Shown here in pieces: positions 32,363 to 40,135 of a stretch of DNA of 64,000 nt; positions within the stretch are counted from its first letter, which is position 1, and each line of letters opens with the position of its first letter. This DNA is from Marinobacter sp. (GTDB lineage Bacteria; Pseudomonadota; Gammaproteobacteria; Pseudomonadales; Oleiphilaceae), in contig NZ_JACUUB010000003.1 in the NCBI RefSeq assembly GCF_014859525.1, positions 39,790 to 103,789 on the forward strand, in the 5' to 3' direction. The translations under genes and the position numbers were made by a program. The notes under the pieces are model-generated. The model saw only the letters and a list, made by a program, of their open reading frames with translations. It was not told where the DNA came from and did not search any database.

Positions 32363-33085
32363 TCAGTCGTTGCCGGTAAAGGCACCAATCAAATGCATCA
32401 GGCTGACAAACAGGTTGTAAATGCTCAGGTACAGACCGGTCGTTGCCATCAGGTAGTTGGTTTCACCACCGTTTACGATACGGCTGGTATCGTAAAGGAT
32501 GAAGCCAGACATCAGGAACACCACCGCCGCGCTCAGCGCCAGGCTGAATGCGGTGACTTCTACACCGAACAGGCTCGCAACCAACGCGCCAATCATGCCG
32601 ACGATAACAACCATCAGGCCTGCAACCAGCATGCCGCGCATGAAGCTGAAGTCTTTCTTGGTGGTCAATACGTAGCCGGACAGGCCCAGAAACACAACGG
32701 CTGTTCCGCCGAGTGCCTGGGTAACGATCTGGCCACCGTTAGAGAACTGCAGGTAGTGCATCATGATCGGGCCGAGCGACAGCCCCAGAAGGCCAGTGAA
32801 GGCGAAGACAACAGCGATCCCGGCACTGCTGTTAGCGGTACGTGGCAACACAAACCAAATCAATGCCAAGGCACCGAGACTGCACACCAGGCTTGCGCCA
32901 CGGCTCATGCCGATGCTCATGGATACTGCTGCCATTACGGCACTGAACAGCAGGGTCATGGCCAGCAGCATGTAGGTGCTTCTCAGCACTTTCATCGCTT
33001 CCGCACTGATTTCGGCGGTCGCTGAACCCTTGGCAATCTGGATGCCACCTCGATTTTGCTGGACGTTATACTGTCTGTTTTGCAT
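32363..33085 (-). CDS. yccA: Bax inhibitor-1/YccA family membrane protein
   Basis: KVLRSTYMLL, LTTKKDFSFM, SGFILYDTSRIVNGGETNY; start ATG 33085 with GGAG 6 nt upstream. Confidence 0.93.
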   Translation of the reverse strand: MQNRQYNVQQNRGGIQIAKGSATAEISAEAMKVLRSTYMLLAMTLLFSAVMAAVSMSIGMSRGASLVCSLGALALIWFVLPRTANSSAGIAVVFAFTGLLGLSLGPIMMHYLQFSNGGQIVTQALGGTAVVFLGLSGYVLTTKKDFSFMRGMLVAGLMVVIVGMIGALVASLFGVEVTAFSLALSAAVVFLMSGFILYDTSRIVNGGETNYLMATTGLYLSIYNLFVSLMHLIGAFTGND

Positions 33086-33304
33086 TCTCATCTCCGGAGT
33101 TAGTCGAACGTCTGGGTAAAGAAACACCTTAATTTTAGCGTTTCCTTCCTTCCCTTTAAAACCTGAGGTCCATAATAGTGTTGTATACGCAACTTTCAAT
33201 CAATTACGACAGTTAATCACCGATTCGATTCCATTAAACCCCCGTAATATTGCTCGCGCCTCCACCAGAACCATCGGAATTTACGATGTTTTTTGTTCAG
33301 GGCG

Positions 33305-33332
33305 TTGACAGTATAAGCAAATCCGGTATTAT
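33305..33332 (+). promoter_or_regulatory. Sigma70 promoter of tRNA-Ser
   Basis: TTGACA-N16-TATTAT followed by the GC-rich discriminator TTGCCCCGC. Confidence 0.8.
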
Positions 33333-33393
33333 TTGCCCCGCTGTCGCAACGGCAGCAGTGGATAGGCGCTATCGCAGCTTCTATCAACAAGAC

Positions 33394-33484
33394 GGTGGGC
33401 TGGCAGAGTGGCTTAATGCAGCGGTCTTGAAAACCGCCGACGGTTAATAGCCGTCCCGGGGTTCGAATCCCTGGCCCACCGCCA
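33394..33484 (+). tRNA. serT: tRNA-Ser (anticodon UGA)
   Basis: Acceptor GGTGGGC/GCCCACC, anticodon arm GCGGT-CTTGAAA-ACCGC, long variable arm, GTTCGAATCC T-loop, encoded CCA; divergent from yccA as in other gammaproteobacteria. Confidence 0.98.
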
Positions 33485-33602
33485 CTTTTTATCATTCTGC
33501 AAGACGCCTGCTACGCACAAGTACCACCTCTCTCCGTAGAAACTACCTAACGGCATCCCGTACACTAGCGTTTGAACCGTTTCTTTATCTGCAGGTGGGG
33601 GT

Positions 33603-33872
33603 ATGGACCAGAATCAAAAGTCAAAAACCGATCTCGACCGCGAAAGTCGCCGTTTTGCTGTCTCAGCTAACCGTGGCAACGCCAGCCATCGGGTGCGTTA
33701 TGTCGAATCCGGAGGTGCCGCGGTGGATAACGAAGAGTGCACATTCTGCCAAGCTGTGCCTGACCTGTCGGATGAGCAAAAAGTTAAAGCCACTCGAGTA
33801 AGTGGCCGCACGAACGCCAGCGAGTGCACTGATAGTGACGCTCAAACAAACGACGCTCATTTTGAGCGGTAG
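33603..33872 (+). CDS. Hypothetical small protein with CxxC
   Basis: AGGTGG upstream of ATG; CTFC motif; 3' end overlaps pxpC by 89 nt, so it is uncertain. Confidence 0.4.
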   Translation: MDQNQKSKTDLDRESRRFAVSANRGNASHRVRYVESGGAAVDNEECTFCQAVPDLSDEQKVKATRVSGRTNASECTDSDAQTNDAHFER

Positions 33873-34737
33873 CAAGATCCGTGATCTCAAAACGAACTCG
33901 GGTGCCGGGTAGCTGTTGGGCCAGAGCGCTGCAATCCAGGCTCGGAACAACTCCTGGCTTGGGGTACCCGCCAATCGTTTGACCGTCATTAAGCAGAACA
34001 ATCGGTTGTCCGTCGCCGGGAACCTGCACTGCGCCTTGCGCAATCCCCTCTGAGAGTATTCCCGGTGGTGGTGAATCCATTGCCGGCCCCTGCAAACGAA
34101 AGCCCATCCGGTCGGATTGATGACTGACGGTATAAGCGCTGTGAGTGAGCCGCAATATGTCGGAACGCGCAAACTGGTGGTACTGATAGCCGGGAATAAT
34201 CCGCAAACGGATGTCAGCAGACAACGCGGGACGGCACGCGATCGGCACCACGCGATCCGGCCGTGTATCATTTGATTTTAAAGCGGCGAGTTTGTCACCG
34301 GCCCTGATCGGGTCGAGTCCGGCGATGCGCTCCCTGATTACTACGGATCGACTGCCAAAGTGTAAGGGTGCGTCCAGTCCACCTGGTAGCGCAAGATAGA
34401 TCAATCGATGACTTGCTGAATGGCCGATGGTCAATTCATCGGCGTCGTTCAGGTTCAGGGTTTGCCACATCGATACCGGTTGACCATTAACGGCAACCGG
34501 TGCTTCAGCGCCGGTCAGTGCGATCTGCAACTTGCCCCTGGTAACCGCGTGAAAGCCCCCCAGTACGATTTCCAGACAGGCGGCGTTTCTTGGGTTGTCG
34601 AGTAATTTGTTAGCCCAGCTAAAGCTGCGTACATCGAGGGCACCGCCGCAAGCCAGGCCATGATGTCGGTAGCCCTGTCGCCCAGAATCCTGGACACTGC
34701 TGAGCACGCCTGGCCTGATGACCTCCAGCCAGCTCAT
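33784..34737 (-). CDS. pxpC: 5-oxoprolinase subunit C (biotin-dependent carboxyltransferase-like)
   Basis: SSVQDSGR.GYRHHG...GGALD, SDRMGFRL, GAVQVPGDGQPIVLL.D.QTIGGYPK. Confidence 0.88.
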   Translation of the reverse strand: MSWLEVIRPGVLSSVQDSGRQGYRHHGLACGGALDVRSFSWANKLLDNPRNAACLEIVLGGFHAVTRGKLQIALTGAEAPVAVNGQPVSMWQTLNLNDADELTIGHSASHRLIYLALPGGLDAPLHFGSRSVVIRERIAGLDPIRAGDKLAALKSNDTRPDRVVPIACRPALSADIRLRIIPGYQYHQFARSDILRLTHSAYTVSHQSDRMGFRLQGPAMDSPPPGILSEGIAQGAVQVPGDGQPIVLLNDGQTIGGYPKPGVVPSLDCSALAQQLPGTRVRFEITDLATAQNERRLFERHYQCTRWRSCGHLLEWL

Positions 34738-35432
34738 GGTAATCGTGTCTCGGTCAGCTTGCCCCCGGCGGCCAGAAAATCTTGCCGGCTAATGGCACAA
34801 AAGCGGACCCGATCGCCAACCCTGAGAAGCGATAGCGTGTCTGGATCAAACAGAGTGGTGGGGCAACAACCAATAATTTGCCAGCCGCCGGGAGATGCTT
34901 GCGGATAGACCGCCGTTTGTCGGTTTGCAATCCCGACACTGCCGGCGGGTACCTGTTTGCGCGGTGTTTGCTTGCGAGGTTTTGCAATCGCAGGGTCCAC
35001 TTCGCCCATAAAGGCAAAGCCGGGCGCAAATCCCAGGGCGTGAACCCGATACTCGATCGCGGTATGACGACGAATAATATCCAGCATATCCAGGCCAGTC
35101 TCTGCGGCTAACCACGCAAGATCTGGCCCTGATTCGATGCTGTAATAGACCGGAAGTTCAACAAGCTTGCCAGTTGGCGGCTGCTTGATGTCGGTTTGGA
35201 AGTCTTCAGTGCTCATGATGGTTTTGAGCCTGGAGGTTACGTCTCGAAAATCCGCTAACATGGGATCGTAGACCACGAGCAAGGTGGCGTAAGAGGGGAT
35301 GAGGTCTTGTAACCAGGGAAGCTTTGCGTCACGAAGGGATTGGCTGAGCCTGGCAATCCGGGCGGGCAAGGTGTCGTCGATGGCTTCCGCCAGAGTGATC
35401 AGTACTGCATCTTCCGACACCGGTTCGATCAT
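34734..35432 (-). CDS. pxpB: 5-oxoprolinase subunit B
   Basis: DLIPSYATLLV, GPDL, ALGFAPGFAF, VPAGSVGIA..QTAVYP..SPGGWQIIG. Confidence 0.9.
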   Translation of the reverse strand: MIEPVSEDAVLITLAEAIDDTLPARIARLSQSLRDAKLPWLQDLIPSYATLLVVYDPMLADFRDVTSRLKTIMSTEDFQTDIKQPPTGKLVELPVYYSIESGPDLAWLAAETGLDMLDIIRRHTAIEYRVHALGFAPGFAFMGEVDPAIAKPRKQTPRKQVPAGSVGIANRQTAVYPQASPGGWQIIGCCPTTLFDPDTLSLLRVGDRVRFCAISRQDFLAAGGKLTETRLP

Positions 35433-36169
35433 TATCCAGCGTTACCAAAGGCCCGACGGATTGCTTTAATGGCCGCTAGTGCTGCGGCGTTGTCGCCATG
35501 AACACACAGGCTGTCTGCGGGTAGCTCAAGCCAGTTACCGGTGGCACTGTATATGCCCCCTTGTTCAGCAAAGGACCGGGCCTGGCGGACAATGATTTCC
35601 GGGTCTTCGTGCACCGCACCGGCCTCGCGCCTGGAAACCAGCTGGCCATCGTCATCGTAGGCGCGGTCCGCAAAGGCTTCCAGCAGTAGAGGTATTCCAG
35701 CGTCTGCAGCCAACTGCTGATGGTCTCTGTAATGCCGTGTAACCGGGATCATCAAGGGCAGGTCCGACCGGAAGGTTCGGGTTGCGACCATCACGGCGCG
35801 CAGCAGATCTTTGTCCCGCATCATGTCGTTATTCAGGGCACCATGGGGTTTCACGTAGCGCAGGGTTAACCCTTCTTTCCGGCACATACCCTCCAGAGCT
35901 CCCAGTTGATAGAGCAGAAGCGCTTCAATTTCCTCTGGTGTGTGGGTAATAGAGCGACGACCGAACCCTGGAAGGTCGTGGTAGGAGGGGTGAGCGCCGA
36001 CCTCTACGTGGTGTTGGGCCGCCAAAGCAAGCGTCTGGCGTATAACCATAGGGTCTGCGGCGTGAAAGCCGCAGGCCACATTGGCCATATCAATCAGCGG
36101 CATGACCTGATCGTCCTGGCCCATCTGCCAGGCGCCGTAACTTTCACCCAGATCGCAGTTCAGTTTCAT
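35432..36169 (-). CDS. pxpA: 5-oxoprolinase subunit A (LamB/YcsF)
   Basis: LNCDLGESYG, NVACGFHAADP, GAHPSY.D..GFGRR, YVKPHGAL.N, EAFADRAY, CVHGDN. Confidence 0.93.
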   Translation of the reverse strand: MKLNCDLGESYGAWQMGQDDQVMPLIDMANVACGFHAADPMVIRQTLALAAQHHVEVGAHPSYHDLPGFGRRSITHTPEEIEALLLYQLGALEGMCRKEGLTLRYVKPHGALNNDMMRDKDLLRAVMVATRTFRSDLPLMIPVTRHYRDHQQLAADAGIPLLLEAFADRAYDDDGQLVSRREAGAVHEDPEIIVRQARSFAEQGGIYSATGNWLELPADSLCVHGDNAAALAAIKAIRRAFGNAG

Positions 36170-36184
36170 GCCGCCTAAAGCCCC

Positions 36185-37297
36185 TCAGATGTCGGTCCGG
36201 CCAGGGAAAGTTGCCTTTTTTCGTGCTTCGGCGCACTGCGCTCTGGCTGTAAGCTCGTCCGCGTCGTTCTTCGGTATCGCCCAGCCTTGCAGGTTGTCTT
36301 CAACCAGCTGCACCAAGGCTTCGATGTGACCGGGTGTTGCATTCAGGCATGGAATATAGCCAAAGGCTTCGCCTCCGGATTCGATAAAGTATTCCCGGTT
36401 TTCTTCGTTGATTTCCTCAATGGTTTCAAGGCAGTCTGAAGAAAAACCAGGGCAGAACACATCGATGGACTTTACGCCGTCACCGGGCAAAGACTTCAAG
36501 GTTTTGTCCGTGTAGGGCTGCAACCATTCCTCTCGGCCAAAGCGAGACTGGAAGGTGGTCATATAGTCGTCTGGTCCAAGCCCGAGGCGTTCTGCCAGGA
36601 GCCTTGATGTCTTGTGGCACTCGCAATGGTAGGGGTCACCTTTCAACAGATATTTTAGTGGGACACCGTGATAGGAAAGCACCAGTTTTTCATGACGACC
36701 GTGGTTGGCCCAGTGTGCTTCGATGTGCTGCGCCATAGCCTCGATGTAAGCCGGATAGTCATGGTAATGGGAGATAAACCGAAAATCAGGCAGCCAGCGG
36801 CGCTGGGCAAAGTCGTTTGAGATGGCGTCGAAGGTGGATGCGGTTGTGGAGGCGGAATAATGAGGGTACAAGGGCAAAACCAGTAACTTGCGAACGCCTT
36901 GATCCTGCATTTCATCCAGCACCCTTGCAATCGAGGGATTGCCGTAGCGCATGGCAAAGCCAACCACCACATTGCTTCCGTATTTGGCTTTGAGAGCCTC
37001 GCGAATGCCCTCCGCCTGTTTAGCGGTGTGAATGAGCAGTGGTGAGCCTTCGGGCTGCCAGACGCTGGCGTAGGCGGCAGCGCTCTTTTTGGGGCGAATT
37101 CTAAGAATAACGCCGTGCAGGATCAGCCACCAGATTGGGCGAGGCACTTCTACTACCCGTGGATCCCACAAAAATTCAGCCAGGTAGCGGCGCAGTGCCG
37201 ATGGGGTTGGCGCATCGGGTGTGCCCAAGTTGGTGACCAGAATGCCCAGGCGTTCGGGCTGGCTATGGCTGAAGTTATCGGTTCCGTTGTAGGGCAT
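36185..37297 (-). CDS. hemH: Ferrochelatase
   Basis: NLGTPDAP, AMRYGNPSI, LPLYPHYS, SYHGVP, FQSRFG..EWLQPYT, PGFSSDCLETIEE. Confidence 0.97.
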   Translation of the reverse strand: MPYNGTDNFSHSQPERLGILVTNLGTPDAPTPSALRRYLAEFLWDPRVVEVPRPIWWLILHGVILRIRPKKSAAAYASVWQPEGSPLLIHTAKQAEGIREALKAKYGSNVVVGFAMRYGNPSIARVLDEMQDQGVRKLLVLPLYPHYSASTTASTFDAISNDFAQRRWLPDFRFISHYHDYPAYIEAMAQHIEAHWANHGRHEKLVLSYHGVPLKYLLKGDPYHCECHKTSRLLAERLGLGPDDYMTTFQSRFGREEWLQPYTDKTLKSLPGDGVKSIDVFCPGFSSDCLETIEEINEENREYFIESGGEAFGYIPCLNATPGHIEALVQLVEDNLQGWAIPKNDADELTARAQCAEARKKATFPGRTDI

Positions 37298-37321
37298 GAA
37301 AACAATCCGGTGGTTGAGAGA

Positions 37322-37750
37322 TTAGCGCTTGCTGGCTTGTTGCATAAGGCGCGGTATGAGCCCAGTGATGTCATAACCCGCCTGCTGGGCTTTAGACAGT
37401 ATCTGTTGTGGTTCTTGCTCGCGGGCGCTGCTCAAGGACCATAATACGGTGCAGCGGGTACCTGAGCGGCAGAAGGCGAATACGGGCTTGGCGGCGTCGT
37501 GGATCATTGCACTAAAGTCGTCAACGTCAGCGTCGGTGATGTTGCCGGATTCTACGGGCAGGTATACCCAGGTCAGACCGTGCTCTGTTGCAGCGGCCTC
37601 GATATCGGCCATGGAGGGCTGCCCTGGTTCTTCCCGGTCTGGCCGGTTGGCAACCAGGGTTTTGAAACCCAGGCGCGCGATGTCTGCCACATCCTCGATA
37701 CTGATCTGCGGGGCGACGGAAATACTGTCATCGATCTTTCTGATATCCAC
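37322..37750 (-). CDS. TIGR01244-family sulfurtransferase (DUF442, phosphatase-like fold)
   Basis: SPQI-like VAPQI, ANRPDREEPGQP, PV.AFCRSGTRC; GTG start after GGAG. Confidence 0.88.
   Translation of the reverse strand: MDIRKIDDSISVAPQISIEDVADIARLGFKTLVANRPDREEPGQPSMADIEAAATEHGLTWVYLPVESGNITDADVDDFSAMIHDAAKPVFAFCRSGTRCTVLWSLSSAREQEPQQILSKAQQAGYDITGLIPRLMQQASKR
37479..37506 (-). promoter_or_regulatory. ECF11 (RpoE-ChrR)-type promoter inside the sulfurtransferase gene, directed at hemH
   Basis: TGATCC-acgacgccgccaagcc-CGTATT, i.e. TGATCC-N16-CGTAwT. Confidence 0.6.
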
Positions 37751-37838
37751 TGAGTGACTCCGATTAATTCAGGTGCCGGGCCCGCAGGCCCGGGCAAAGT
37801 GTAACCGCGACGTGTTAAACATGACGGCGTTTAGAGGC

Positions 37839-38270
37839 TCACGCGGCGGAAGCGGCCTTTTTGCGCTCGATGGCTTCAAAAAGAATCATACCCGCAACCA
37901 TGGAGCCAACAAACACCACCGCCTTGAATTCTCCGGCGCCCAACGCGACCAGTCCCGGTCCTGGGCAGAACCCTGCGATGCCCCAGCCGATACCAAACAT
38001 CAAACTACCAATCACCAGGCGCTTTTCAATCCGGTTATTGGTGGGCAGTTTCATCTCGAAACCAAGAAACGACAAGGTTCGCTTGCGAGCCAGCGCAAAC
38101 GCAAACACGCCAACCAGGATGGCACCGCCCATGACAAAGGCAAGGGACGGGTCCCACAGGCCGGCGATGTCCAGAAAACCAAGCACTTTCTCGGGATTGG
38201 CCATGCCAGAAACGATCAGGCCAAAGCCAAACAGCAGGCCGGCGAATAAGGATGCAAGGGAATATTTCAT
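37839..38270 (-). CDS. YeeE/YedE family sulfur-compound transporter subunit (PmpA/B-like)
   Basis: SGMANPEKVLGFLD..G.WDPSLAFVM, FGIGWGIAGFCPGP. Confidence 0.9.
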   Translation of the reverse strand: MKYSLASLFAGLLFGFGLIVSGMANPEKVLGFLDIAGLWDPSLAFVMGGAILVGVFAFALARKRTLSFLGFEMKLPTNNRIEKRLVIGSLMFGIGWGIAGFCPGPGLVALGAGEFKAVVFVGSMVAGMILFEAIERKKAASAA

Positions 38271-38274
38271 GGTA

Positions 38275-38712
38275 TCAGGCTCCGATCAGGTGGCGGATAA
38301 CGAAGACGGAAACAAAGCCCGCCGCCATAAAACTCAATGTAGCGACCAAAGAGCGTAAAGACAGGCGAGATAAACCACAGACACCGTGGCCACTGGTGCA
38401 GCCCGAGGCATAGCGTGTGCCGATGCCCACCAGCAAACCGGCGATGATCAGGGCAGGGTAGCCAGCATTAATTTCAATAGGCGGCAGCTCTGCCATTAGC
38501 ATCCATATTGCTGGAGCACCAATCAAACCCGCGAGGAAGGCCACGCGCCAGATGATATCGTGTTTTGTTGGGGTGAGCAGGCCGCCAAGAATGCCGCTTA
38601 TCCCGGCTATACGACCGTTCAGTAAGAGAAAACTGGCGGCAGCCAGGCCAATGAGAATGCCGCCGGCCAAGGCGGTACCGGGAGTGAACTGACTCCATGC
38701 GATATCAATCAT
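38275..38712 (-). CDS. YeeE/YedE family sulfur-compound transporter subunit (PmpA/B-like)
   Basis: GRIAGISG, GTRYASGCTSGHGVCGLSRLS.RS. Confidence 0.92.
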   Translation of the reverse strand: MIDIAWSQFTPGTALAGGILIGLAAASFLLLNGRIAGISGILGGLLTPTKHDIIWRVAFLAGLIGAPAIWMLMAELPPIEINAGYPALIIAGLLVGIGTRYASGCTSGHGVCGLSRLSLRSLVATLSFMAAGFVSVFVIRHLIGA

Positions 38713-38745
38713 TTGCAGTCTCCATAGGATGTAACACGAGGAATA

Positions 38746-38773
38746 AGCTTATAAGCAGGTGTGATAATATCAA
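38746..38773 (-). promoter_or_regulatory. Candidate sigma70 promoter of the YeeE pair
   Basis: TTGATA-N16-TAAGCT; the -10 overlaps the palindrome ATAAGCTTAT (38743-38752). Confidence 0.4.
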
Positions 38774-38880
38774 AAAAAGCCCGGCAAGGGATGCCGGGCA
38801 GAGGCGTGCGAGTAGTATCCATGAAAGACTTCCAGACAAACCGACATCAACGGGGATGCCGGTATCAGGAAGTATTGCCC
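38772..38880 (-). ncRNA. Candidate small RNA or attenuator leader (5' hairpin, single-stranded linker, terminator)
   Basis: Hairpin ACUUCC-GAU-ACCGGCAUC/GAUGUCGGU-GUC-GGAAGU (38873-38828), 28-nt linker, GCCCGGCA/UGCCGGGC stem plus U7; no upstream CDS on this strand for the terminator to serve; 5' end uncertain. Confidence 0.6.
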
Positions 38881-38996
38881 ATAATTTGGACAGTTCAAGT
38901 GAGAGCGGCTTTCGTTTGAAAACATTTTTTCATATACCATCAGCGTTTATACTGCGCCCTTTCCCTATGCGGTTTTCAGCGGGGTGATCAGGGGCA

Positions 38997-39025
38997 CTGA
39001 AATCCCGGTGTGGCTGTAATATAAT
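38997..39025 (+). promoter_or_regulatory. Candidate sigma70 promoter of the phasin gene
   Basis: CTGAAA-N17-TATAAT. Confidence 0.5.
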
Positions 39026-39064
39026 GGGAATCGAAGTTTCCCGCTTTGTTGCCAAGAGGTGTTC

Positions 39065-39484
39065 ATGTCTGACAGCGACGATAAACAACCAGAGAATGAT
39101 CCGCAATTGGCGGGTAAGATTAAAGACTCTGCCCGACAAATCTGGTTGGCCGGTCTTGGCGCTTTTACCAAGGCTGAGGAAGACACAGGCAAACTGTTTG
39201 ATCGACTGGTTCAGGAAGGAGAGCAACTCGAATCCCGCACCCGCGGTGTGGTAGAGAAGCAGATTCGAACGGTTGAAGACCGGGTTGGCGAGGTTAAGGA
39301 ACGGGCCACGGGAACCTGGGACCGGCTTGAACATATGTTCGACCAGCGTGTGTCTGGCGCCTTGAGGCGGTTGGGCATTCACCGGCGTGAAGAAATCGAA
39401 TCCCTGGAGCATCGCATTGAAGCGCTTGAGAGTGAACTTGTTCGCTTGCGGGGTGATGCACCGATCCATGATGAAGAAGAGTAG
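39065..39484 (+). CDS. Phasin-family (PhaF/PhaI-like) granule-associated protein
   Basis: SARQIWLAGLGAF.KA.E...KLF..LV.EGE, WDRLEHMFDQRV..AL.RLG; start ATG 39065 after AAGAGGT. Confidence 0.88.
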   Translation: MSDSDDKQPENDPQLAGKIKDSARQIWLAGLGAFTKAEEDTGKLFDRLVQEGEQLESRTRGVVEKQIRTVEDRVGEVKERATGTWDRLEHMFDQRVSGALRRLGIHRREEIESLEHRIEALESELVRLRGDAPIHDEEE

Positions 39485-39487
39485 CGT

Positions 39488-40117
39488 TTATAAATAGCTG
39501 CGACTGGTTAAGCGGATCTCTTGCTGCTCTTCTTCCGCCAGGTAAGGCAGAATCAAGTGCAACATCTGGTACACGCCCTTTCCCGGATCGACCGAATTCC
39601 GGTCATCGAGATGGGATAACGTATCAAAGCTGCTCCAGTAACACGCGGTGAGGGTGAGCTGTTCGCACAGTGATCGCAGTTCGTCTTCGCTGATGGCCAT
39701 CAGACCCTGATGCCTGAAACTTTCACATAAAACCATGAACGCCGTTTTCTTCTTTTTCAGAAGACGACGGAAGCGCACTTGCAATTGACTGTGCCGGGAG
39801 AGCACGTTAACCAAATCCTGGTACATAAAGCGGTAGCGCGCTACCGCTTCAAACAACAGATGGAGAAAAAAGCTGAACTGGTCCAGTGAAATCTCTGCAT
39901 CTTCGGGTACCGCCAACAAGTCCAGAAGTTCTGCTTCATAGCTTTCAAAAAGCTCGTCAACGATGTCGCTTTTGCTTTTGAAATGGTAGTAGAGGTTGCC
40001 CGGGCTGATGTCGAGTTCATCGGATATCAGCAGAGTGGTCACGTTGGGCTCGCCCAGACTGTTAAAAAGCTGAAGGCTGGTGCCGAGAATCCTGTCCCTG
40101 GTTTTAATTTTTTTCAT
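39488..40117 (-). CDS. TetR/AcrR regulator, PhaD-like
   Basis: KTRDRIL..SL.LFN..GEPNVTTL.I.DEL.ISPGNLYYHF. Confidence 0.85.
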   Translation of the reverse strand: MKKIKTRDRILGTSLQLFNSLGEPNVTTLLISDELDISPGNLYYHFKSKSDIVDELFESYEAELLDLLAVPEDAEISLDQFSFFLHLLFEAVARYRFMYQDLVNVLSRHSQLQVRFRRLLKKKKTAFMVLCESFRHQGLMAISEDELRSLCEQLTLTACYWSSFDTLSHLDDRNSVDPGKGVYQMLHLILPYLAEEEQQEIRLTSRSYL

Positions 40118-40135
40118 CGTTGCCCGGCCAGTTGG

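Noticed and set aside
32363-33199. Long N-terminal extensions in the ORF track (yccA, aroG, yejF, yafS-like, DUF934, SnoaL, ufaD-like, STAS, 60477 ORF)
   Set aside because: Downstream starts have better SD sites or ATGA coupling and match family N-termini; the extensions are not treated as novel domains
33595-33801. Alternative 68-aa ORF overlapping 33603-33872, and the 202-aa ORF 33663-34271
   Set aside because: No ribosome-binding site or motif advantage; the second overlaps pxpC out of frame
39396-39407. TCGAATCCCTGG identical to the tRNA-Ser T-arm (33463-33474), a possible attR of an island
   Set aside because: Only 12 bp, in frame inside the phasin gene (IESL); there is no integrase and no match to the tRNA 3' end, so it is compatible with chance
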